A program made the translations under genes and the position numbers. The notes below the pieces were generated by a model. That model did not search any database. It was not told the DNA's origin and saw only the letters and a program-made list of their open reading frames with translations. This document shows, piece by piece, positions 43,401-56,885 of a stretch of DNA of 64,000 nucleotides. This DNA comes from Octopus sinensis (lineage: Eukaryota). Each line of letters begins with the position of its first letter. Within the stretch, counting starts at the first letter, position 1. The stretch spans positions 59,024,001 through 59,088,000 of the forward strand of contig NC_043007.1 of assembly GCF_006345805.1 (NCBI RefSeq), given 5' to 3'.

Positions 43401-45787
43401 ACTAGGTAAGTAGTGTATTCTACCATAACCTTAGATTGATTAATGCCTTCTTAGTGAAATTTAGTACAGGGAAACTATGTAGAAGCCCATTGTGTGTGCT
43501 AGTGTGTTTGCATATATATCTTTTGTCAATGTATATGTGTGAAAGACAGACACTTCAGTGAGAAAATAAATGAGTAATTAAATGAAAATATTGCAGTATT
43601 TAATCTGGCCAAGTTGTTCAGACACTCCCTTGTTCCACTTACCATCAGAAATGTCAAGTTGTAATAGTTGCATCGTGAACATTTGTATCCTATTGCTCAC
43701 AAAATGCATGATATAATAGAAATAATCAAAAGTGTGAGACAAGCACTAAACAGGAATTGAACTTGCAGCTTGTCTTAGGAAGCAGTTACCATTATTCTAT
43801 AACAAGTTGTAATGCCTCCATAAATAACTCGCTTAATACCCATCACTCACAAATATCACACCTGTAGTTTAGCTGCAACCTATAATTCAAGCATGATCTG
43901 GTGCTAAACAACAACAATTATGGTCTAGTTATGTACTGTTGACTCAAAAGAAATTAAAAGACTAAAATAAAGAAGATCAAAACGAAATTCTTACTTGGCA
44001 TAAGCCTTTTCCAGAAGAGCTGGCCAAAATTCATTACTTTTGCTGGAATGTAGAAAGCAGTACTGTCCTTCATAGGTGGGTAAATAGTCATCTACAACAA
44101 TCTCTACCCAGTTACCACTGTGCCAGAAGTTGAAGTAAAATGCACCACAGTAATCATTGACATGGAAACTTTGGTTAAGTGGAATAACACGATGGAAGAG
44201 AGTTGAACATCCAGGTGTGGCTAGACATGCTATGGCAGCCAAAAGCCAGCTGTCTCCTGCATTTGAAAAAACAAAAAGATGATGATAATGTTTGTTACAA
44301 TCAGGATAAGTTAATTTTTTTTGTCTTTCTAGTGGTTACTTATTGTTTTGGTGTGTTTCTTTGAACTTATTTGTTAAAGATACTTATTTATATTCATGGA
44401 AAATTTTCTGTCTATCAAGTTTATTTTTATGAGATTCATTAAAGCAGATATCCTGTTTGTCAAAAGAAGCAAGTTTTATTTACACTTCGTTTCTTATGCT
44501 ACTTTTGTCATCAGATTTACTTCTCAAAACATACAGCAAGGTTGTTTTTACAGTTTGATGATCATCCACTTTGTATGTTGTTTTTATGGTTAATTGGGGT
44601 TTTAGGGTAATTTTATGGTACAGTGGTTTTATTACATTTTTGTTCATGTGATCTTTTTACCTATGAAGTATATTCCTGTGTGTGTTGTGTGTGTGTGAGA
44701 TTCTGTTGGTTTGAATTAGAAATGAGTGTATCTGGTTTTTTTTTTCTTTCTGTGTGAAGTGCCATTACTATTTTGTCTGTCTCTTTGAATTTTCATTGTC
44801 CACACAGCTGTTGCTGCATTGTCCATTGTCTATCTTGTTTGTAGTTCAGATTATTTTTTGAAGATGAATTTATTTTGGTGCCTGCAACACAAGATGTGCC
44901 ATTTATCCTGTTTAGCAATGGTATGTTATGTATGGCTATGTTATATATATGGCTGGTTTTGGTGTCGTGTAAGTTACACACACATGACAATCAGAGATCT
45001 ACCAGTTTCTTAGACAATCTCTTTAGTTAAATGGGTGGCTAGCACAACACCAAAACAACCCAAAAAATTCAAGAATCAATTCTGTACTCACCCAACTGTC
45101 CTTGCTGAACATCAAAGCCACCAATACCATCAACAAAAAACTTTGGTTGTATGCCAGTTAACTTACTTAAAGCCTAAAAATAATGGAAGTGTTAGAATTA
45201 GAACAATGAGCTGATTTCAAATGTTAATAAGTTGTTTTTTTTTATTTAACAGATTAATAAAAGTTTCAGGGCAGGGAGATGATCACACAGCTCTAATTCA
45301 GATGGTTATGTATGAATACTGCCCGTAGCTGATTTATTTCCTTGTTAGCCATTTATGTTGTTGGTGATGTTTAGACTCCAGGTCAGTTCTGGGCTTAAAC
45401 AACAACAAACAAGCAGGACTATGATTAAAGGCATTCTAGCTGTGGCCATCCTGTCTTTTTTCAGACATATATTAATATCTAAGTCTACATGTATTCAGTG
45501 TTCTTTCTTTTTTTATATTTTAAATGTTAGTGTGTAGTTTGAGGGAGATTCAGTTACAATTTCTAAGAGGTCAAATGACCACATAGAGGTTTCTTCACTG
45601 CATTGGTAATACATTTATTTCATCAGCAGGAGAATAGTGTCCAAGACTAAATAAGCAAATAAAACTTTAAAGAATATCTAATTTGAAAAAAAATGGCTGG
45701 GAATAAAATCAGTAATAGGTCATCCTGCAAATAGTACATGGTTCAAAGTCTGTTAGTGAACTTGTTCTTTATCTCTAGTTAGTCGAA

Positions 45788-45851
<64 letters not shown>

Positions 45852-48800
45852 CAATGACTAGTGTAGCAGCATTATAATCAACTGCTACAAGAATGAAGGA
45901 GATGTCTTAGATAGAAGTAATTAGAGAAGTATTAAATTGCTGGACCATGTCATGAAAGTTACAGAAGCTAGCTGAATGGCTGGTGAGAGCTGTTCATGTC
46001 ATGTACCAGGGTGCTGGCAGTAAAGTGAGAGTTAGCAATGAGTACAACAAATTTAGTGTGCCAGTAGGAATTCAACCCAGGGGCTGGTTTTCATTACTCT
46101 CGTTTTTATCCTAGCCCTTCAGGCCATAACAGAGGATTTTAAGACTGGAGGTCATGAGAACACTTCAATGCTGATGACCTTGTTCTTGTAACTGAAGCTG
46201 TAAAAGAATTAGGAAAGAAATACCAAATGTGGAAGGGAAACCTGGAATCAAAGGGCCTTAAAATTAACTTAGCAATAACCAATGTTTTCGTAAGCAGGAA
46301 AACAGAGTGGATGCTACTTCCTTCAAGAAAATGAATGTTTAAATGTAAAGAGGGTTTAGGCAGAGATTCTGTATGATGTACTGAGTACAAATTATGGACT
46401 CATAAGAGATGCAATGGTATCACAGGAAGATTAACAAAGAGAGTAGATTTTCTATGTGGCAGATGAACAGGCGCAATAAATACTGAAAACCCATAGAAAA
46501 TGGAGTTTTTCAAATGTCCAGGAGGTTGACAAGAGGTAGTAGATAGCTTTTATTATCTAGGTGACTTAACAGTGGAGGAGGAGGTTTCAAAAGTATAACT
46601 GCTAAAATAAGAACAGGATGGAGAAAGTTTAGAGAACTATTATCTCTGTTGGTAGCAAAAGGTCTCTCACTCAGATTGTATGATGCCTGTGCAATACTAC
46701 ATGGTAGTGAAATGTGAGCCATGAATGCAGATGATATGCAAATACTAGAAAGAAAGCTAGCATGCTCAACATCAGTGCGCATATATAACAGAGTAAATGC
46801 ATTGAGAGAAAAGCAGAGCACAAGAGGTATCAGATGTAGTGTGCGAGAGACTGTGCTGGTAAAGTTATGTGATGCATGTGGATGAGGATAGCTGCATAAT
46901 GGATGAAGACAGCTGTGGATTGCTAAATGAGGATGGGATCTAAGGAAAAAGGTGACCTAGTAATATGTGGGACAAAGTAGTGAAGACCAACCTCAGAATA
47001 TCGAACATCATGGAAGAGATGATAAATGACTGAAATGACTGGTGACTTTTCTGTGCTTGAGTGTCCATCTTAGCAAAAACAAGGTCATCATCATTGTTTA
47101 ATGTCCGTTCCCCATGCTAGCATGGGTTGGACGGTTCAACAGGGGTCTGGAAGGCCAGGAGGCTGCACCAGGCTCCAGTCTGATATGGCAGTGTTTCTAC
47201 AGCTGGATGCCCTTCTTAATGCCAACCACTCCATGAGTGTAGTGGGTACTTTTTACGTGCCATCAGCACAGGGGCCAGGGGAGGCTGGCAAACGGCCACA
47301 ATCAGTTGGTGCTTTTACATGTCACCGACATGGATGCCAGTCAGGTGGCGCTGTCATCTGCCATGTTCAGACAGTGCTTTTTACGTGTCACCGGCATGGG
47401 TATCTTAACTACAATTTCCATTTGATTTTTATTTTGATGTATCAACAATATCCATTCGATTTTTATTTTGATGTATCAACAATATCCATTCGATTTTTAT
47501 TTTGATGTTGATGTACTTGACACAATAGGTTTCCTCAAGCACCGGAGGCCGTCCTGCAAGCCATGAACTCACTTCATTTGTTGGGTCTTCAAAGTCACAG
47601 CATATCTCCAGAGGTCTTTCGTCATAGCCTCTGTGAGGCCCAACGTACGAAAGTCATGCTTGATCACTTTGTCCCATGTCTTCCTGGGTCTACCTCTACC
47701 CCGGATTCCTTCAACAGTTTGGGAGTGACACTTCATCATATATCTCTCCTCATCCATCCGTAGTACACGACCATACCAACGCAAACGTCTCTTTTGCACA
47801 CTGCATCTGATGCTTCTTATGTCCAACATTTCTCTCAGGGCACTTATACTCTGTCGTGCATGGACAGACATTGCACATCCAGCAGATCATGCTAGCTTCA
47901 TTTCTTTCGAGCCTACGCAAGTCCTCTGCAGTCACAGCCCATGTTTCACTGCCATGAAGCATAGCAGTTTGCACACATGCATCGTACAATCTACCTTTCA
48001 CTCTGAGCGAGAGGCCCTTTGTCACCAGTAGGGTAAGAAGCTTTCTAAACTTTGCCCAGGCTATTCTTATTCTAGTGGTAACACTCTATGAGCATCCATC
48101 CCCGCTACTAACTTGGTCACCTAGGTAGCGGAAACTATCAACTACTTCTAGTTTCTCCCCCAGGAGTGTAATGGAATCTGTTTTCCGAGTATCAATGGTG
48201 TCTATTGCCCTTGTGCATCTGCTGCACACGAAAGCTATCTTCTCAGTTAATTTTCCTTTTGATGTTGCTGCACCTCTTATGTGTCCATAGCTTACACTGG
48301 GTACATCTTATGGAGTTTCTACCTACACTTTTTCTACAGATCAAGCAGGGTCACCTACCTGAAGGGATGTGTGTGGTGAGTTAGCCTTCCTACTTACTAG
48401 AACTTTGGTCTTTGCTCTAAGGCCTTTTGAATCTAAACCTAGCTTCCACACACGAAATTTCTTCTCTAGTTCCGGTAGTGATTCTGCTACGAGGGCTAAG
48501 TCATCAGCATAGAGGAGATCCCAGGGGCAACCAGTCTTGAATTCCTCTGTTATTGCCAGGAGGACTATGATGAATAAAAGGGGACTGAGGGCTGAACCTT
48601 GGTGGACCCCTACTTCTACCCAGAATTCTTCGCTATACTCGTTGCCAATCCTAACTTTGCTAATGGCCTCTTTGTATAGGGCCTGTACAACCCTAATTAA
48701 CCATTCGTCAATCTCCAGTTTCCGCATCGCCCACCAGATAAGGGATCGGGGGGAACCTGCATATTGTTTCATCTGTTTCTGCACTTAAGCCGTCATAGTG

Positions 48801-51196
48801 ACCTTCTTGTACCTTGAAGGTATGTCTTGACACCTCATCACCTCCACCTTGGGCAGCAATGTATCTCCTCTGCAGCAAGAAGCCTGTTCCTTATCCTTCT
48901 GTCATACTTTAACCTTTCAACACCTGGTACAAAACTTGTGAGTCACTTGGTGACCTCACTAGTAGTGCTAGTAACATGAAAAAGCATCCAGTACTTTCTA
49001 TAAAGTGGTTGATGATAGGAAGGGTATCCAACCTCACCAGTACCCCACCTTCCCGCACAAGGGGAAAAAACCCAAAATACTGAATACTGCTTTTGTTTGA
49101 AATAAACAAAAAGTGGAGCAATGGAGTATCCATCATTAATGTAATATTGACTTCAAATTTTAGCACAAGGCCAGCAATTTCAGAGGATGGGCTAAGTTGA
49201 TTACACCCCACCCAGTACTCATTGATCCTGAAAGGATGAAAGGCAAAGCCAGTCTCAGTGGAATTTGAACTCAGAATATAATGATGGGCGTAATGCCACC
49301 TAGCATTTTGCCTGGTGCACTTAATAATTCTGCCACTCGCCACCTTCATTGTAAGTGTAATATCTTTTGCTACTCTAGGCACAGGGCTCAAAGTTTTTGG
49401 TGAGGGAGCCAGTCGCAACTGGTACTTAATTTATCAACCCGGAAAGGATGAAAAGCAAAGTCAACCTTGGCAGAATTTGAACTCAGAACGTAATGGCAGA
49501 TGAAATGTCACTAAGCATTTCATCCGGCATGCTAACGCATCTGCCGTTCCAAGTTCAATCCTGTGCAACAGTGACTAAAGGGAGAGCACTTATAGTGATT
49601 TGTGTTTACAACTAATTTTACTGAAAAAAAAAAAATTGTGCGTGTATTACAAGTAATTAACAACGAATTGGTCTCAGATTTTAGCATAAGGCCAGCAATT
49701 TCGGGGGAGTGGGGTAAGTCGATTACATCAACCCTCAGTGTTCAACTGGTATTTGTTTTATTGACCCAAAAGGATGAAAGGCAAAATCGATTCTTGTGGC
49801 ATTTAAACTCAGAATTTCACTAAATAGTTTTTCCAATGCAATAACGATTCTGCCAGCTCAGCGCCTAAATAACTTACCCTCACATTACTGTATATTATGA
49901 TTGTTATTTGATATATATCTCTTTTATTGTTTTTTTTTTTAAATTTGGGATCAAATCTATTTTCTTTCAGTTTCTTTGTATTCTTTTATTTGTTTCAGTC
50001 ATTTGACTGCAGCCATGCTGGAGCACTGCCTTTTAGTCAAAGATATCGACCCCAGTACTTATTCTTTGTAACCTAGTACTTATTCTATCAGTTTCTTTTG
50101 CTGAACCGCTAAATTACAGAGATGTAAACACACCAACATCGGTTGTCAAGTAATTGTGGTGGGGACAAAAACATACACATAAGTATTTACATACATTCAT
50201 ATGTGTGTGTGCATGTGTATACACGATGGGTTTCTTTTCTGTTTCGAACTGCCAAATCCACTCACAAGGCTATGGTCGGCCTGAGGCTATAGTAGAAAAT
50301 ATCTGTCCAAGGTGCATTGAAGTTGGACTAAACCCGGAACCATGTTGTTGGGAAACAAGCTTCTTACCACACAGCCACGCCTGTGAATGTATGTAGGTAT
50401 TTCAATACATACTGCCAACCCTTAAACCTGATACAAAGGTTTTCATCATTATCATAATTTAAAATCTACTTTTCAATGCTTGGATGGATTGAACAGAGTT
50501 CATTTGAGGCAGATTTTCTACAGATGGATGGCCTTTCTATCACCCATTCCCAGCTGTTTCCAAGCAAGGTAATATTTCCCCCATGGCCAGGCATATTCTC
50601 ATAGAATACTAGATATGAATGACACCACTTGTATGACAGTGACACTCATTTACAACAATCACATGATGTTAAATGAAAGACACACAGACACACTAGGCTT
50701 TTTTCAGTTTCCATCTACCAACTCCACTTGCAAGGGTTTGGTTGGCCAAGTGCTATAAGAGTAGATACTTGCTCAAGGTGCCACACAGTTAGATTGAACC
50801 TGGAACCATGTAGTTGGAAAGCAAATGTTTTACCACATAACCATGCCTGCACCTATATCTTGTTTATATAATAATCTGTCCAAGTAACTAAAAATAAAAT
50901 TGTTTCTAATTTAGGCACAAAACTAGCAATGAAAGGCAAAATTGATCATGGCGGGATTTTGACACAATGTAAAAAGCCAGAACATATACCACAAGGCAGT
51001 TTGTTTCACTAATATTGCTGTTGTTTAGCACCAAGTCATCCCTGATTGACCAGATGTATGATTAAAGGAATTCCAACTGTGAGAATTCTATCTTTCTAGA
51101 AATCACCTTTCTTTTACTTTTTGAGAGTGTAAGGTGTGATTAAAGGGAGATTTGATTGCTTTTACAAGCAGTTGAAGTAGGGTGAAAAAAGAAAGG

Positions 51197-51273
<77 letters not shown>

Positions 51274-54200
51274 AAGACAGACAGAGAAAGAACAGAAAAA
51301 TGTAGCACTATCTGCAAAGTGGCCTTGCTTAATGTGTAGAAATTCAATATTATATTATGTACTTAGAGTAAGCAATAGGTGCAGTGAAGGAATCTGACAG
51401 ACTGAAACTAAATCACTGGATGCAGCAAATGCATAGGAATGGTTAGTAGCAGATACTGCAAGCAGAAGCTGCATTGATTACTTGTCTATGTCCCCTTCTT
51501 TAACCTTGTAACATTTAACCCTGTTAAATGTAATGCTCATTTTCACATTGTTTTGAATTAATCATACATAATCTCGTAGCTTCAACATTTCAATGATGTG
51601 ATTGTTTATATTTAGAATGACCATGTAGGGTTGGTGTGGGAGGCTGGATCTATCCAATTTGAAAATAAGACAGGCAGAATATCTGTTTCAGACATTGGAT
51701 TGTAACCAGGCTGGAGCATTTCTTTCATGCGTTTTTAGTTAAACATATCACACCGCAATTCTTAATTCAGTCTGCTACTTATTTTATTGAAGTCTATTTG
51801 TTGAACCACTAAGTTATAAGATGTGAAAGGACACAACATAAACAAAAACACTGATTTTTAGACATAAACACACACACACACATAAATCAGATCAAAGGGG
51901 ATTTAGACAGGTGAGAGGTTACCTCAGTCAGCACTCTTGCAAATACTAAGAGAGTGCATAAAAATGAACAGTTTCCATAAGGGAAACCATTTCATACAGC
52001 CTAAAATTCGAAGGAGGATTTGTTACTCACAGAGTATGCTATAATTAGTACAAGAATGGAGGTGCTGGTAATGTAATACTAACATCCCAATTCTTGGACT
52101 TACACACACATTTGTGCATTCCGACAGTTTTCATTTAGTAAATTCCTCTCATGAGATATTGGTCAGCCTGAAGTTATAGTAAGATGATTTAATTAACACA
52201 GGGGATTTCTAATGAAAGTTCAATCACTAAGCTTTTGTTTTGTTTTTGTTTTTTTAGTTTTAAATCATCCCTGACTAAGCAGAACTATAATCTATTGCAT
52301 TCCAGATGTGACCTCTTGTTTTTTTTTTTTATCAAAATTATTCAGTGAATCTTTTCTTTCTTAAAATAGTAGTGTGTCTTCTGAAAGCCATTTCTAGCAT
52401 ATAAAATGACCATGCAGTATTTCCTTTGTTGGCTCAACTCATCATCATCTAGCTTTCCATGTTAGCATGGGTTGGACAATTTGACTGAGGGCTGGCGAAC
52501 CAGATGGCTGCACAAGGCTCCAATCTGATCTGGCAGAGTTTCTACAGCTGGATGCCCTTCATAACGCCAACCACTCCAAGACTGTAGTGGGTGCTTTTAC
52601 GTGCCATCAGCACAAGGGCCAGTCTGGCAGTACTGGCAATGGCCACGCTCAAATGGTGTTTTTTACATGCCACCTGCACAGGAGCCAGTCCAGTGGCACT
52701 GGCAACGACCTCACTCGAATATTTTTTTATGTGCCACCAGCACAAGTGCCAGTAAGGCGACGCTGGTAGTGATCACGCCTGAATGATGCTTTTTACATGC
52801 CACCAGCATGGAAGCCAGTTAGCTGCTCTAGCAATATTCACACTTGGATGGTACTCTTAGCACTCCACTAGCATGGATGCCAGTTGTCGAATTTGATTTC
52901 GATTTCACTTGCCTCAACAGGTCTTTGCAAGCAGAGTTCAGTGCCCAATGAAGGAAAGGTATGCATAAGTGGGCTGGTTACACCCCTGGCACAGGCCACG
53001 AGGTTACGGTCTCACTTGGCTTCCTGGTTCTTAAGCACAGCGTATTTCCAAAGGTCTCAGTCACTAGTCATTGCCTCTAGTTTTGTTAAAACTAGGACGG
53101 AAAATGTTCAGTGGCTTGTTTCATCTGTCGGTAAGAAAGTGTTTCTCAGTTTGTGACAGACAGACTGTATGAAGTATATGTACAATGATGTTGTACAGTA
53201 GGGGTATATCATAAGCAATATCAATTTATAAAATAGTGTCCATGCTAACAGCAGCTGTTGAGACAGAGGCAATAAGAGGACGAGCTTCAAAAAAGTGTGG
53301 GCAGATCTAAAAATGCTGCATAGTACAAAAAAGATCACACATGATCTTTACAGCAGTGAAAATTTTGGGAACACTTGAGATATACTGAAAACCTATCCAA
53401 GAAGATGGGTGGATATTTAAAAACAGTTATAAATTAAAATAACTAGAAATAGAAAATATGTGGAAGAGATAGACCCATGAAGACCTGGGATGAGGTGGTG
53501 AAGCATGACCTTCGAACATTGGGCCTCACCGAAGCAATGACTAGTGACCGGGACCTTTGGAAATACGCTGTGCTTGAGAAGACTCGGCAAGCTCAAGTGA
53601 GACCATAACCTTGTGGCCAATTCCAGGGGTGTAACCAGCCCACTTATGCGTACCTTTCTTTCATTGGACACTAAGCACTGCTTGTGAAGACCTGTTGAGG
53701 CAAGTGAAATCGAAATCAAATTCGATGACTGGCATCCATGCGCTAAGAGTACCATACGAGCATGATCGTTGCATGAGCAACAGGCTGGCCTCCATTTGAG
53801 TGTGATTCTTACCTGCGTTGCCTTACTGGCACTTGTGCTGGTGGCACGTGAAAAAACATTCGAGCAAGGTCGTTGCCAGTGCCGCTGGACTGGCTCCTGT
53901 GCAGGTGGCCCATAAAAAGCACCATTTGAGCGTGGCCGTTGCCAGTACCACCTGACTGGCCCTCGTGCCAGTGGCATGTAAAAGCACCCACTATACTCTC
54001 GGAGTGGTTGGCATTAGGAAGGGCATCCAGCTGTAGAAACTCTGCCAGATCAGATTGGAGTCTGGTGCAGCCATCTAGTTCGCCAGACCTCAGTCAAATC
54101 GTCCAACCCATGCTAGCATGGAAAGTGAACTTTAAATGATGATGATGATAGACTTGACAGGGACATTGTTTGAAAGACCCTGTTGTGTGCATAAACATTA

Positions 54201-56841
54201 TGCTTTCAGAACCTCAGAGACACTGCACTAGCATAGCTGGAATGGTTCTTTTCAAGCACTGTGTATCATCAATCACCTCTGTCCTTTGTTATTTCCTCCA
54301 TGAGGTTAAACATCCTAAGATTGGCCTTCACTTCATCATTCCCCATCTTCCTTTGTCTTCCTCATTCACAGGTTTTCTCTGCTGTAATTATCACTTCTTT
54401 ATTCTTTTAGTATTTAAACTGGCCATATCCAGCCTAAATGTTCTATCTGTTTTATGATTAAACTGGCCATGTCTGGCCTCTCACACTTACCCTTGAACAT
54501 CATTCTAAAAATAAATAATCACATCATCCAAATCTCAGTTACAAGACATTACATAATTAATTCAAAACAATGTGAATAAAAGGCATTAATTATGATAGTA
54601 ATCTGAATACTAAAGGATTATACAACTATCCTCATCCATCACATTACATTCTCAAACCAATTTTGTCTACTCTCTTGCACATTACACCTGATTCCTCTTA
54701 TGCTCAGTTTTCCTCTCAGCACATTTATACTCTGTTGTTCATGCATGCTGACATTGCCAGTGAAGCATGCTAGCTTAGTTTCTTTCTAGTCTCCACAGGT
54801 CCTCTGTATTCCAGACCTACATCTCACAACCATGTAGCACTGCTGTTTATACACAAGTATCATGCCTGTCTGCCTTTCAAATCTTTAGCTATCAAAAGAG
54901 ATAATACTTCCCTGAACTATCTTCAGCCTGTTCTAACTCTGGCTAGTGCACTTTCAGAACTTCCTCCTCAATTACCAATTAAGTCACCTAGATATGAAGC
55001 TATCAGCTAATTCGAGAAATCCTCCTGCGCATTTGAGAGCATCTATTTCCTATACACTGCTGGTGTTTATTGCTCCTACACATCTACCACAACTAAAGTT
55101 TATTTTCTTGCTATGGTTCCACTGCACCTTAAGTATGTCCATAGTTTGCATTGGATACATTGTATGAAATTTCTACCAACTCCTTTCCTACATAGAGAGC
55201 TTGGCCATTTTCCTGATAGTAGTAGGGTTCTGTGTTTTCCTATTTACTAATTCTCGAGTCTTTGCTAAGTTCATTTTCAGGGTTTTTAATTCCAGGTTTT
55301 GTGTCCGTGTCTGGAATTTCAGTTCTCAGAATAAGAGTTTCCACAAGCTTCCAGTTTTCTTCCTATTTATTATTTTAAACTTTGCTAAATTCACTTTGAG
55401 TCTTCACGATTCTAGGATTTGTTTCTGCTGGAATTGGAAACTATATCGTAAACTTCTCTGATATGGTTTAGAGGATTATAATGAACAGAGAGTGCTGAGA
55501 TTGACCCCCTGCTGTACTGCACCTTCACACTGAATTCATCCTTATACTCATTACTAACTCACCTTGCTGATTCTGATTCTGTACATGGATTGTAACAGCT
55601 CTGAAATGCCCACACAGCAGAGGATCCCTGTCAAACACCTTCTCTAGATCTACAAATGTTTTGTATGGAGGCTTATTCCTGGCAACATATGTCTCCTGCA
55701 ACAGCCTCATTAATAGAATAGCCTAACTGCATCACATCTGTTAATTCTCTCTCTAATCTATTATGCTGTACCTCTTTCTGTAACCTTCATAAACTGATCT
55801 AACAGTTTAATGCCTCAGTTGTTTCCTCTATAATTTCCTATCACTAATGCATCTTCTTTGTCCTTTTAGTAGTTGACAATGATGCCACTATGCATCTGAT
55901 TTACTATGTGAGTTATGATTTTGGCAGATATTTTCAGCATTTCAGCAGTGATTCCTAATGGATGAGGATGCCTTCCTATCCTTCATATCTTTAATCTCTC
56001 TATCCATCATAATAGTACTTTCATGTCTCTTTTTTTGTCATTCTTTGTACAAGCAAGACTACCATTATCATTCCATACACTCTTCACCCCAACAATGTCA
56101 GGATTTTCTCTCATTGCTGAGCAACCTGAAATATCTCATGCCTTTCTCTGATCCACACATCTAAGAACATTGGGCAAAGTTTTTACTCTCAGCTTCTCCT
56201 ATTGCTAGATTTACCTGATATCTAGCTTCTCTTCTTACAATTTGCTATTGCTCTTTGCTATCCATCCTTTCAATTAGTTTTTAAGTCTGTCTCTTAGCCT
56301 TTATGGCTCTCTCTATAGAGCTATTCCAGCATCCTCTGAACCTCTTTTTAGTAAGATCCGTGGCCCAATCTGATCTCCTTAATAGATTATTCCAAAGAAG
56401 CTCCCAGTTGTTCACTCTCTACATTATTATTTTCTATCTCCTCTATCTTGTCTTATGCTAATACTACTTTAAACATACACACATGTACATGTATAACCTA
56501 CATACAATATGACCAGGCAAGTAAAATGAGATCACAGCTGTAGCCTATACTAGTGTCGCATAACCATCCCCCACCTCGGCTGGCTCCTGTGCTGGTAGCA
56601 TGTAAAAAGCACCATCCGAACGTGGCCGATGCCAGTGCCGCCTGGCTGGCTCCCGTGCCATGGCATGTAAAAAGCACCCACTGCACTCTCGGGGTGGTTG
56701 GTTTTAGGTAGGGTATCCAGCTGTAGACACATTGTCAGATCAGATTGGAGCCTGGTGCAGCCTCCTGGTTTGCCAGTCCTCAGTCAAACCGTCAACCCTT
56801 GCCAATATGGAAAACGGACGTTAAACGATGATGATGATGAT

Positions 56842-56885
<44 letters not shown>

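Noticed and set aside
44249-44251. Idea that cephalopod A-to-I editing restores the catalytic Cys
   Set aside because: Editing AGC can only give GGC (Gly). Cys (UGC) needs A-to-U, which ADAR cannot make.
47424-47507. 34-bp tandem duplication within the RTE 3' UTR
   Set aside because: Ordinary slippage inside a repeat
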